A DNA stretch of 63,095 nt, counting the filler, from Stramenopiles sp. TOSAG23-3 (Eukaryota): NCBI GenBank assembly GCA_900128585.1. It is 9 parts of 9 records of this genome, joined end to end, with 100 filler letters (N's around TTAATTAATTAA, not from the genome) between each part and the next. Parts side by side here need not be neighbours in the genome. Positions count along the whole stretch, not along the records: positions 44,767 to 55,830 come from LT642764.1; positions 55,931 to 57,648 come from LT645491.1; positions 57,749 to 59,465 come from LT645492.1; positions 59,566 to 61,281 come from LT645493.1; positions 61,382 to 63,095 come from LT645494.1; 4 more parts are not named here. One strand, 5' to 3'. Numbering within the stretch: position 1 is the first letter of the stretch; every line of letters starts with the position of its first letter. Of this stretch, positions 52,641 through 63,095 are shown piece after piece. The notes below the pieces were generated by a model. The model did no database searches, was not told where the DNA came from, and saw nothing but the letters and a program-made list of their open reading frames with translations. Made by a program: the position numbers and the translations under genes.

Positions 52641-53894
52641 ATGTGGCGTTCGCTTTGGTATGTACTGCTTGTTGGCCATATCTTTGCACCCACGGCGTCA
52701 CCAGCGAGTGATCCTATGCCATTGCAAGAAAGCAAGCATCTTTTTAGAAATGTTCCGTCCATTTATCAACACGATGGGAGACATATGGTAATTGCACTCC
52801 AAAATTTTGGGTTTGCGAACAGAATGAGAACTTTGGCTTCGTTTCTTCAATTATCTAGCAGGCTCGGCCGCAGGCTTCACGTAGCATGGATTAAAACTAA
52901 GGACTGCGGAAGTGCGTGGGACGATTTATTTGCCCGCCCTACGCTGCCTAGTGGGAGGGCGTACCACAATGGTATGTATTTTGACATATTTGAGGGTGAC
53001 GAGGAACGTCTGATAACCAATATAAACAACCGGTCTTTGACAACCGAACTGAAAGGCATGTCTTTAAATTTGGGATCCCCATACTACACGGACGCAGCAG
53101 AGCTTCACACCATAGTTTTGCACCACCAGGGCTGGTTCAAGATTCTTGGAGAGCCGTGCATGTCGTACTTGGTTAAAAAATCGCATTTCTACCAGACGCT
53201 TCGGCCAGTGCCCGCTGTACAAAATGTTGTTGACCACGTCTGGGACTCCTCTCTCGTCGGTAACGTCGTCGTCGGCGTTCATGTGCGAGCAACAAAACAG
53301 GAAAACGATTGGCCGTCCGTAGCTTACGATGGCACATTTCTATCTTTTGACGAAGTCGCCCCGTTAGAACAAATATACGCTCGAATGAAGGAAGTATGGG
53401 AGTTTCGCCCCAACGTGAAGTTCTACGTTGCAAGCAACGACGGAAGTGTTAAATCTGCCTTAATGGACAGCTTTCCCCGCGGGGTGTGCTTTGGGATCCG
53501 TTTGCAGGAAGGTTCCTTGGTCCGAGATACTACGGAAGGGATTCAGATGGCAGTAGCAGAGTTCATTTTGCTTTCCAGAACCGAACTTGTCGTGCATACT
53601 TTTGGATCATCATTTGCACAAGAAGCATCGTTTTTAGGTAGGGTTCCGGAGCTTTTAATCCGGAAAGGGGGTGATGTATTCCACAGCAACGATTACGCGA
53701 CCCCAGCATGTCATCATTCCAGCATGAAATATATCGACGGTTCCGTTGAGAGGAGTCAGACAACAGGCCTTCCCAGGAACAAACCCTTCCCGTTCGACCT
53801 AACGGCGCCCGGAGAAGTGTCTGTCAGCCTTTGCAAGTTTTTGAAAGCTCGTTGGGGCATCGCGTTCGCATACTGCCTGGCAACAGACGAATAA
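52641..53894 (+). CDS. GT-B fucosyltransferase-like protein (GT11/GT23/O-FucT superfamily)
   Basis: Signal/anchor MWRSLWYVLLVGHIF. GFANRMRTLAS, motif I VVGVHVRAT, motif II FYVASND, motif III AVAEFILLSRT...TFGSSF. Confidence 0.82.
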   Translation: MWRSLWYVLLVGHIFAPTASPASDPMPLQESKHLFRNVPSIYQHDGRHMVIALQNFGFANRMRTLASFLQLSSRLGRRLHVAWIKTKDCGSAWDDLFARPTLPSGRAYHNGMYFDIFEGDEERLITNINNRSLTTELKGMSLNLGSPYYTDAAELHTIVLHHQGWFKILGEPCMSYLVKKSHFYQTLRPVPAVQNVVDHVWDSSLVGNVVVGVHVRATKQENDWPSVAYDGTFLSFDEVAPLEQIYARMKEVWEFRPNVKFYVASNDGSVKSALMDSFPRGVCFGIRLQEGSLVRDTTEGIQMAVAEFILLSRTELVVHTFGSSFAQEASFLGRVPELLIRKGGDVFHSNDYATPACHHSSMKYIDGSVERSQTTGLPRNKPFPFDLTAPGEVSVSLCKFLKARWGIAFAYCLATDE

Positions 53895-54184
53895 AGGTCT
53901 ATGAAAATGCTTATTTTTATTGTAGAAATATTAAATCATAAGAGTTAAGTTCTTCCGCATAATAATCGCCCGTATTTTGTTTTTACATTTTTAAGTAGTT
54001 AATTCCGAGCTGTAAATATTTATGATAACATAGTTTTAACTTTACATAATTCTCTTCGAAACAAACAATTGGCTGTTATTTTCTTACTTCTTACTTTTCC
54101 TCATTTTAATATTTAAAAAGAAGATACCATCAGTAAATGTACCATTTTCCGTGCAATAAGTTGGGACAAGTCGTTGTGGCAAGT

Positions 54185-54952
54185 TTAATCCTGTTTTCCT
54201 TTCTTCTTTTCGGCTTTCGGGGTGGGGTAAGTCGCGTCGGCCCACAGGGCGATCGCAATGGCAACGTGGAAGCACAATAGGAATTGTTGGTATGCTGGCG
54301 CATTTTTGATTTTCTCCACGCCGTTACCGCCCATAACGAGCAGAATGATTGGCGTGGCATAATTCAGCGCAACAATCTTATTAAAAAGCGATGGGAATAT
54401 GCCCAGGGTTACCAACAAGGCCCCGCCGAGCTCGACGTAGGCCATCTTTGCGAGGGCGTCCGCTGGTGGCATCGTGGTGTCCGGGGAGACAGCCAGGACC
54501 CCGCGTTCGATACCTTTCCAGTCGCCGTACAATTTCATGTAGCCCATGTACGCTACTGGGGCAACCATAAGTCCACGTCGAAAGATGCTTGGCAGCGATA
54601 TCGAATTGTTTAAGTGGATCACCGCGCAGGCCAGGTGCAACAGTAGAATAAATGCATAATATGGCGACACTTGGGAAACGTCGAAGGCCGGTGCAAGGAA
54701 CATAATTGGGGTGGCAAACTGAAGCGCCGTCAAGAAGGATCCAAGCGTCGGCATGATGTTCAGGACGGTGATCGCTGCAACGCCGAACTCAGCGTAGGCA
54801 ATCTTCTGAAGTACATCATCAGGGGGAAGGTCCCCTCCCCCAACTGCAGAAATCCCTTGCTTAACATTGGACATCATCGATGGGACAAATTTTGCAGCGG
54901 CAATAAAGATCAGCGGCGACTGGATCGCCAAGCGTATGAGCAAACTGGGCAT
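54185..54952 (-). CDS. Membrane protein made of two tandem DoxX-like halves, with C-terminal di-lysine motif
   Basis: PPDDVLQKIAYAEFG...ALQFATPIMFL repeats as PPADALAKMAYVELG...ALNYATPIILL. Ends KKKGKQD. Start placed at ATG 54952. Confidence 0.65.
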   Translation of the reverse strand: MPSLLIRLAIQSPLIFIAAAKFVPSMMSNVKQGISAVGGGDLPPDDVLQKIAYAEFGVAAITVLNIMPTLGSFLTALQFATPIMFLAPAFDVSQVSPYYAFILLLHLACAVIHLNNSISLPSIFRRGLMVAPVAYMGYMKLYGDWKGIERGVLAVSPDTTMPPADALAKMAYVELGGALLVTLGIFPSLFNKIVALNYATPIILLVMGGNGVEKIKNAPAYQQFLLCFHVAIAIALWADATYPTPKAEKKKGKQD

Positions 54953-55740
54953 CTTTGTTGAATATGAACGTGTATCTTTCCTTCCAGGGTTGTATCGATT
55001 GTTTTGTGTTCGATTTGTTAACTTCAACCAATTTTAGAATAAAAAATGATCGATGACTTGTTAGTTAAAACCCATTCTTTTTCTGTCTATAGACGTTCTT
55101 CTATAGTATATACACCAAATGCAAAAGAACACACCCATGTCTCCTCCTCCAGAGAGAGAGAGAAGAGAAAGAAGAAGAAAAGAAAAAAAAAGGAAGAAAG
55201 AAGAAGAAGAGAAGAAGAAGGGAAAAGATAATAATAATAGAAAAAAAAAAAGAAAAAAAGATATAGAAAAAAAAAAGAAGAAGAAGAAGAAAAAATTATA
55301 ATACAACAATGGTATTCCTATGTTGTTATAATAATAATAGACGAATATTCTTCTTCTTCTTGTTATTATATAAAAAAATATTAAATAAAATATAATAATG
55401 TGTGGTTCCCTTCTTTCATAAAATATTGATCTTGATTCTTCATACTCTGTTTATGTTGTTAGATATAAAATATACTTCTTTCTGGATGACATTGTGAAAC
55501 GCATTCATCATAATAATTAAATCAAAAATAATTAAAGAACAACACAGCGTACAGCGTTCAACACAAAAAAAAAATACCTGATGAAAGTTGGGTAATAATG
55601 ATGATGGACAATGCAATAATAATAATGAAAAAAAGTAAAAATATATTATAAGTTTATAACATGGACATATTATATTACCATAAATTAAAATGTTGAAAAA
55701 GCAACAAAGAAAGAAAGAAATATTTTTTTATTTTATTATA

Positions 55741-55830
55741 GAAGAAGAAAGAAGAAGAAAGAAGAAGAAAGAAGAAGAAAGAAGAAGAAAGAAGAAGAAG
55801 AAGAAGAAAGAAGAAGAAAGAAGAAGAAAG
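55741..55830. repeat. (GAA/GAAA)n microsatellite at contig end
   Basis: gaagaagaaa units running into the linker. Confidence 0.9.
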
Positions 55831-55930
55831 NNNNNNNNNNNNNNNNNNNNNNNNNNNNNNNNNNNNNNNNNNNNTTAATTAATTAANNNNNNNNNNNNNN
55901 NNNNNNNNNNNNNNNNNNNNNNNNNNNNNN
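55831..55930. other. Artificial contig linker
   Basis: N44-TTAATTAATTAA-N44. Confidence 0.98.
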
Positions 55931-56467
55931 AGTTTATTGGAAGAACGAAGAAGAATAATTAAAAAAAAATTATATTACTGTACACTGTACACTGTATATA
56001 CTTTAAATTATTATACTATTATTTTTATTATTTTTCTCAATTTTATACAGTACCGTACCATAGTTTAAATTGTGTAATGCGGTTGGGGGATGGCTTATTT
56101 TCACATTCCCTTATTGGACATAGCAACTGAGGACTGAGGGCCTAATAATTATAGTATAATAATAATATTTTTAGCAATACAGAAGCAGCAAGAAATTGCA
56201 GTACATTGATTAACAACAAAAAGTTAAAATTTCGTTACGGTGACCACCAGTCTCTAGTAGAAAAAGTCGTTAATCTAAATAAGCATCGAGGTAGGCATTT
56301 TTTCTTTTTTTTCTTCTTGTTTGTTCTTCTTCTTATGTAGAGTCAGTAAATTCGCGGGCCAGATAACGAACGAATGTTGACTGTTTTTTCTTTCAAAAGA
56401 AGAACGGGCTTTTCCATTTTTCTTCATATTTTTGCGCATTCGTTCCACGTTAATTGTTCGAGGTCCT

Positions 56468-57648
56468 ATGTACAAGACAAATCTTCGTAGCATTGCTAAA
56501 TGTTTGGTCCTTCTTGTCTTGGTGGGTTTGGACAAAGCAACAGACCTCGGCGACTGGGTTTCAATTTACGAAAATAGCACCAGCCTAGAAGAACGCATGA
56601 GCATTACCAATGCCCTTTGTAACTCCAGCTTGGCCACCACAAATCAAACCACATGTAGAAACAACGTGTTGAATATTTTCACTGAAACGTTTGCAAAAGT
56701 CTATGCCAAGTCCTTAAAAGGACTAGAGACGGAAACACAGCGGCAAGCCAACGAGTTGGCGACCGACCAGGCAGACGAAGATCATTTGAAAATAATGGCG
56801 ACGTTACGGCGTAAAGTTCACATTTTGCGAGAAATGTTAAGCAATGCCCGGGGAACAAAAACCATAAATATCTGCGAGACGGGGTTCCTTGCTGGGCGCT
56901 CTTCTTTACTATGGCTGCTTTTTGATGGCAGAATCCAATTAACATCGTTTTCCGAAAACAGAAACCCATATTTGCCTGTTGCAGCACAGTACCTTGAGAA
57001 GAAATTTCGAGATCGATTTAAACTTATAGTTGGCGAATCTATAGTCACGATTCCCAGGTTCAGGAAAAGTAACCCAGACTTTCGCTGCGATCTTTTTTTT
57101 GTAAACGGGTCTCATGATTTTGGGGCTGCGGCGTCAGACTTAGCCAACGCACTAGCGCTCTCATACTTGATTGAAGACCCAATGCCGGAAAAGCGTTCGT
57201 ACGTTATCATAAACGGCATGAGCTTTCCCTCGGTAAGAGAAGCGTGGGAAGGTGCAAAACTATTGGGATACGTAAGGGAAGTCGAATTGATAGAAGGTAC
57301 CGAAGCGATGTCCCTCGCGATGACGTATGGAATTGTCCAGCGCAAAAATGTCCGTTCAATTCGCTCCATGTTTTTATCGGCTGGCGCACAGTTTTCCTAT
57401 CCAATTATGATAAACCAGAGGCATAAGCAAATGTGTCTTAAAGTGGATAACAACTTGCAAGCCCAAACACGCACATACTTTGCTCGCCAAAACTTTGATA
57501 AATTGGCAATAGAATACAACTCGAAGGCCGCAGCAATTGACGTAAAGTCGTACATTGCAGGGTACCCATTGAGGAATGTTAAAGATTCTCTTCTTCAGGC
57601 AAAGCACCGATCGGTGGGTTGCCCAAATCCTGTACACAAAGCGCAAAA
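56468..57648 (+). CDS. Class I SAM-dependent methyltransferase-like protein (Methyltransf_24 type), 3' truncated
   Basis: N-terminal hydrophobic anchor. ICETGFLAGRSSLLWL, LIVGESIVTIP, CDLFFVNGSHDF...SDLAN. Confidence 0.7.
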
Positions 57649-57748
57649 NNNNNNNNNNNNNNNNNNNNNNNNNNNNNNNNNNNNNNNNNNNNTTAATTAA
57701 TTAANNNNNNNNNNNNNNNNNNNNNNNNNNNNNNNNNNNNNNNNNNNN
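57649..57748. other. Artificial contig linker
   Basis: N44-TTAATTAATTAA-N44. Confidence 0.98.
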
Positions 57749-59253
57749 TGGCCATAAACGCTGCATATGAAACGAACAAACGACTGAAAGAAAAACTTGC
57801 AGCGGAGGTGGATCGGTCAGAAAAACTGTCGGAGGCCAATGAAACGCTGGAGGAGCAAGTCGTAGCTCTCACGAGCGATAACGACGGTTTCAGAAAAGAA
57901 GTGGAAACTTTGAAACAGTTTATGAGGAAAAGAGTCAACGATGCGAACAAAGCGAAAGAAGTTGTGTCGGACCTGCTGCGTAATGCCCGGGCAGAAAGAG
58001 CTTCGATCGAGAAGGAAAAGGAAGTGGTTGCACATAAGTTTAAAATCTCCATGGAGGAAATAGCCAAAATGCGCAGAGATGCTCAAACGAAAGATCGTAC
58101 CGAGAAGCGAATGGGGCAACGGCAGGACGCGTTAGTGAAAGAAGTTGATGAGCTCAAAAGAGTCATCGGAGAAATGGACATCAGGTACGCCGCCATGGAA
58201 GAGGAGAAGAAGGCTACGAAAACGGACATGGATAAAAACGCCAAGACGATAGAAGAAATTACCCTAGCAAATAAGCGCGCAAATGACGAGCTGATGAGTT
58301 TGCGAAGAGAAACGGCAGCAAGCCTGAAAGAACAGAAGTACCTGGACGGTAAAAGAAAACACTTAGATGGGGAGGTGAAATACATGACTGCACAACTTAA
58401 GGACGCAAAAACACAAATGAAAGATGCGTCTAGGGCTATGAAGAAACTGCAAACTCAGCTGAACACGGAGCGCAACGAGCGCCGGGAAGAGGTTGCTGCG
58501 TTGACTGCAAAGTCGGAAGTTGCGCGCTCAAAACTTGCTGAGGGGTTGAATGCGAAGCACAAAACGGTCATGCGATTATCTCAAGTGAAGCAAACAAACC
58601 ATGTCATGCAAGAGGAGATCATTGGCCTGAAAGAAGCTTTGAAGCGAACGCAGGCGGTGGTTAAGGACACCAAGGCGTCTGGAGACCGCGCATTGGTGAA
58701 TTTAAAAAAAGAAATGGCAAAGAAGATGATGTCAGAAATGTCTTTGCTTCGCGACGGTCACACGAAAGCCTTGCATGATGTCGAAAATGCACACAACGAG
58801 ATTGAGCGGTTGCGAAAAGAGCTTGAAAGAACCAGGGAGGCATATGTGGATAGGGAAAAGGCGTACGTGGAAGAACGCGTGCGTCGTGAAATGCTGCAAG
58901 AGCAGCAACAGAAGGCGATTGCTGCGGTAGAATACCGATCTTTACAACCCAACACCGCAAAAAATACCCAACCAAGGCATTTTGTACAAAATGAACGCGT
59001 GGCCGAGCTGGCCCAACCAGTCTTGTCGCCCGAAGTGCCACCTTCACCAGAAGCCCCATCGGCGCATCTTTCACGGCCCCCACTCTCCAAGAGCCGGTCT
59101 TTTCGGGAAATTTCTTCGAACGGTAGCGATAAAGAGGAAAACGAGAAGAAGAAACCTGAAGTGCCCTCTTCCACAGGCCCCCAAGATGCCATTTTAGATG
59201 CACAACGTTACATAAGAAGGCGCCAGCAACAGCGGCGCATGTCCAAAAGCTGA
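57749..59253 (+). CDS. Coiled-coil protein, 5' truncated
   Basis: Frame is open from the contig edge (AINAAYETNKRLKEK...). Long heptad region and Pro/Ser-rich tail. Confidence 0.8.
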
Positions 59254-59465
59254 AAATCTAAATAACAAAGCATAAAAAAAACTAATGATATATGTTTTAA
59301 GACTCTCAAGATTATCCCAATTGTAGAACTGATCTAATTTTGTAACTCTGCTAAAATTCATATCACTTAAAGTCGGTCGGCACCTCTATTGTCGTTCCTA
59401 CGATATCGTATCATTCGACCCTGATCCCAATCATAATCTTCAAAACTTCGTACCATCTCGTCCGG

Positions 59466-59565
59466 NNNNNNNNNNNNNNNNNNNNNNNNNNNNNNNNNNN
59501 NNNNNNNNNTTAATTAATTAANNNNNNNNNNNNNNNNNNNNNNNNNNNNNNNNNNNNNNNNNNNN
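59466..59565. other. Artificial contig linker
   Basis: N44-TTAATTAATTAA-N44. Confidence 0.98.
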
Positions 59566-60170
59566 CATATTTTTGGTACGCGCCGTCCAGCTAGCTCGCC
59601 CTGCTAGTCCGTACCTGTGTCGAAATAATGAATAATAAAATTCGCCTTTCTAGAAATTCGTTACCCTACAGAAGTCCTCTAGTTGCGTTCATACGCCGCG
59701 ATAGCATCTCATCGCTTTCATCAGTGGCAATCAGCTCATCGCCGATCCTGGACTTCTTCTTCCATCCTCATCTCAACGTTAACAACTATCTATTGTCCTG
59801 ATAGGGATCCGGGATCCGGGGTGTGGGAATAAATCCCTCGTCGCCTCGGATAAAAAGAATAGCGCGCTGCTGTCGCTATTCTAGGAATGCTTCAGCAGGC
59901 GAAATAATGAAATAATCAACCTTCTTTTATTATAATAACGTTTTTTTTTACTAATAAAACGTGAGAAAACCCTTCTTTACCAGTATCATCTTATATTTTT
60001 TAGAAAAAAACGTTGCTCTTCTATTAACAACCTTGGTAATAAATAATAAGTATTTCCCAATTAACCAATAATCCGTCCCGTATGATTATTGACACCACCA
60101 ACCATTTCCAGAAAGAAAACAAGAACACCATAAAACAAAAGCACAAAAACCGTCTAATAAAATTGTATCA

Positions 60171-61281
60171 ATGCAAGAAGAAGAAAACATTAGAATAAAT
60201 GAAAACCCTCTCCAACCCAATGCCATAGGCAACTTGGAACTAGAGATGGGAAACGACGAGGCACAAGAGGCTACACGGTGTCGCAAAAGTCGTATCTTGT
60301 GCGGTCGTGAAAGCATAGCGGTAACGGTGTTGGTGCTTGGTATAGGAGGAGGCAATTTATTTATTTATTTGCTCTTTACTGGTAGTTTTAACCGTGAACG
60401 CGTGTATACTGATTTCCAACTTCATTTCACCCGTGAAGGTGTGTGGGTATTTTTCACTCTAGCCATCCTTTCCTGTTTGCTTGTATTATCATTTATTGTC
60501 CGCATTTGTATAGCAATTCAACTAGAAAGACAAAAGAAAACAGAAGAGGGAAAGAAAGACAAAAAAATATCAAAAATTGCTGCTGCCGTGAAAGGCGCTG
60601 CCGCTCGCTACAACCACCTGTTCGATGTCAATGGAAAATACTACTTGACAAAAATGTATGCCGCTGAACTGTTTGAGCACACCCAACAAGTGTATTCCTT
60701 GACCACCGTATACCTGTGTTTAATGCCTGTGGCAGCATCCGCTATCGTGAGTGCCGTTTTGACCATTGAATTGCTTATCAACATTTGGGCTACTTTCCAT
60801 ATCAGTTCTCACGAAATACGGGACAGGTTGATATTTCTGGATATTTTGACAGATACATTTTGCGTGGCGTTCCCACTTCTCTACAATTGGATATCTTCCC
60901 AGCTCCCCATTGAACTAACGGACATGCTTCTCATTGTAGTGTATCCAACGCTATCATTGTATTCAAAATTAAACGATGTCTGGGAAGATTATTTCAAGAT
61001 GGATTTGGATCGGATTCAACTAACAGAAAAGCAACACAAATCCACACGTTTTCGTAGGCGAAAGAGTATCCTGAATTTGTCCCACAACCACGGCACCCTT
61101 GAGACGCAATTGGAACATTTCCCCAACTGGCTTCGTTATGCTTTTACGGTGCTTAACATTGGTTTCGTACTGTTCTTTGTCAGCTTGATAAGCGTCCATT
61201 TAGTCACCCAACCCTCCACGGATAAATGCAGTGGTGTGCTCACGAAAGAAGTGTGGGGAGGGTGTCGGGTTAGCGTTCCAT
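60171..61281 (+). CDS. Multi-pass membrane protein, 3' truncated
   Basis: About 6-7 hydrophobic segments followed by a Cys-containing segment (DKC...VWGGCRVSVP) cut by the linker. Confidence 0.75.
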
Positions 61282-61381
61282 NNNNNNNNNNNNNNNNNNN
61301 NNNNNNNNNNNNNNNNNNNNNNNNNTTAATTAATTAANNNNNNNNNNNNNNNNNNNNNNNNNNNNNNNNNNNNNNNNNNNN
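61282..61381. other. Artificial contig linker
   Basis: N44-TTAATTAATTAA-N44. Confidence 0.98.
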
Positions 61382-61815
61382 TATTTAGTTAATATATTTA
61401 AATTATATGGAATAGTAGTCATATCATTGCAATCATTGTCAATTACATTCAATACCATTGGATTTTCGGTTTCACGTGGTGTCCGTCGTGTTTTTAGTGT
61501 GCATTATTATTAAAATGGAGTACGGTACACAGAATGGAGTAGTAACTTATTGAAATACAATACGGGTGCGCGTGATGCGTATAAAATATACATATATAGT
61601 CATATAGATAATAGAAAAATACTACAGGTACGGTAAAACGCTTTCTTCATATTTTTACTACTATATTATATATATTATACAGCTGAAAAAGTATTGTACA
61701 CAATTAAAATAGACTTTACATTTTGTCATGACATTTTTATTCCAATTCAAAAATATTGTGGGGAATAGATTGCGAGCAGTGACACCTACACTGGTAAACA
61801 GAGGCAATTGAGAGC

Positions 61816-63095
61816 ATGGAATATAAATTAATCGATATAGACGACGAACGAATAACCGAGAACGAAGAGCTGACGGAGGAGGTACTGTTCTTGGCTTGTC
61901 GGAGGCAGGGGTACGCGCCGAAAGAGCTGTTCCCAGTTGCGGACGACACGGTGGCGCTGCCAAATCAACAACACGCAGATGGCAGTGAAACCGAGCTCCC
62001 GCAGAGTATGCAGAGCATTATAAAGAAGCACTCAGAAGGTAGAAGAAGGGCCAAGATCGATTCGGTGATCTGCGAGGCGCTGCACGTATTAGAGTCCGGT
62101 GGTCCTGACGCGAACATCTTGCGGCCGCATAAGTCTCTGGCCGCTGCAGATTCGCAAGTATTGCTTCGGAACAATGGAATTGTAAAAAATTCTGGCTCGT
62201 CAAAGAAGCTCTTCCGAAAGATGTCCAGCGTGTTCCTTAGTGCAGGGGGCTCCGTGCACGATGCAAAGAAGCACCTGGGGCTTCCCCTGGAGAAAGAGAA
62301 AGGCCAGGAGGAGACCCCAAACACGGACGAGGATTTCGAAATCGACAGCGGTAGCGTCCGTGCCGACGAGGCGGAGGTAGAAGAGTTCGTGCTGCCCGAG
62401 GGCATTGAAATTCCATCTTGGCTGGACATCGATGGGGACGGGGAAATTTCTCAGGAAGAATTTGAAGTATTCCGAAAAGAATTGCTCAGAGCGGAAAAGT
62501 TAAAGAAACAACAGCTGCGGGACATCAACATGCTGCACGGCCAAGAAGCGAAAGCCAAGCGAATCGAAGACCGTGCCGCCGAAACCAAGTACAAAATGGA
62601 CAAAAAGATGCTAGAGTGGGACTTGGAACGCAGAAGAAAGATGGAGAAGAGGAGAGAGAAAAAGCAACGACGTGAAAAGCTTGTGCAAGAAGCGGCGGAA
62701 AAAATTCGACTGAGGCAAGAGGAGTACCGGGAGAACCTTTTTCGGCAGGAGATGGCCATAAAAGAGAGAGATGCGGAAAGGAAGAGCAAGCTGAAACAGG
62801 AAGCCGACCGTGCAATGAGAAAACGGCAAACCAAGACAAAGCGCATGATCCAGAAGAAACAGCAGATTAGACGAGATAAAATTCAGTTGGCAAAAGAGCG
62901 TGCAGAGAAGGTCGAAATTGCGAAAAGGTTGCGCGAAAGCATTGCTATGGAAAAGAAAATGGCCTTATCGAACATTGCAGAAAGGCATGAAAGAAAAAGG
63001 AAGGAAAAGATTGCAAGAGTGCACGAGCGTGAGCAGGCAAAAAAAGAAATGCACTATTCCGAGATCGGAAAGAAAGACAAAATGATCCTCTCAAG
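61816..63095 (+). CDS. EF-hand plus charged helical protein, open at window end (absent from the ORF track)
   Basis: Manual translation from ATG 61816 (MEYKLIDIDDERITENEELTEEVLFLACRRQG...) has no stop before the window end. EF-hand loop DIDGDGEISQEEF at 62425-62463, then an E/K/R-rich helix. Confidence 0.85.
   Translation, partial: MEYKLIDIDDERITENEELTEEVLFLACRRQGYAPKELFPVADDTVALPNQQHADGSETELPQSMQSIIKKHSEGRRRAKIDSVICEALHVLESGGPDANILRPHKSLAAADSQVLLRNNGIVKNSGSSKKLFRKMSSVFLSAGGSVHDAKKHLGLPLEKEKGQEETPNTDEDFEIDSGSVRADEAEVEEFVLPEGIEIPSWLDIDGDGEISQEEFEVFRKELLRAEKLKKQQLRDINMLHGQEAKAKRIEDRAAETKYKMDKKMLEWDLERRRKMEKRREKKQRREKLVQEAAEKIRLRQEEYRENLFRQEMAIKERDAERKSKLKQEADRAMRKRQTKTKRMIQKKQQIRRDKIQLAKERAEKVEIAKRLRESIAMEKKMALSNIAERHERKRKEKIARVHEREQAKKEMHYSEIGKKDKMILS

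Noticed and set aside
1..63095. tRNA, rRNA, transposase, integrase or viral genes
   Set aside because: I recognised no cloverleaf, rRNA or transposase/capsid motifs by eye. tRNAscan-SE and Infernal would be needed to exclude small RNAs.

Overview
This is eukaryotic nuclear DNA in the standard genetic code, not prokaryotic. It is not one locus: nine contigs are joined by eight artificial 100-bp linkers (N44-TTAATTAATTAA-N44), so adjacency across a linker means nothing. Genes are compact, almost intron-free and GC-richer than the very AT-rich, microsatellite-filled spacers. Recognisable genes are PSMA2, lysA (DAP decarboxylase), DNAAF9/Shulin, PFDN4, the SWR1 C-terminus, IDI1, RAB28, a GH28 polygalacturonase, EME1, an F-box/WD40 protein, NPRL2, DUF229, a fucosyltransferase-like protein and a methyltransferase-like protein. 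The ciliary genes plus DAP-type lysine synthesis suggest a flagellated protist, plausibly a stramenopile such as an uncultured marine lineage (inference). I found no CRISPR array, tRNA/rRNA or autonomous mobile element, and no clear multi-gene novel system. The best leads are unusual domain architectures: Sfi1 repeats+GAF+EF-hand; SWR1 apparently fused to WW/F-box/beta-helix; ankyrin+FCCH-like+polycystin channel; ankyrin+putative transglutaminase-like triad; and UBL+calycin-like barrel. Non-coding leads are a recurrent TAGACGACTA motif in divergent promoters, a 48-nt intron bounded by a short duplication, and two perfect inverted repeats. All family calls come from motif recognition by eye, not database searches.
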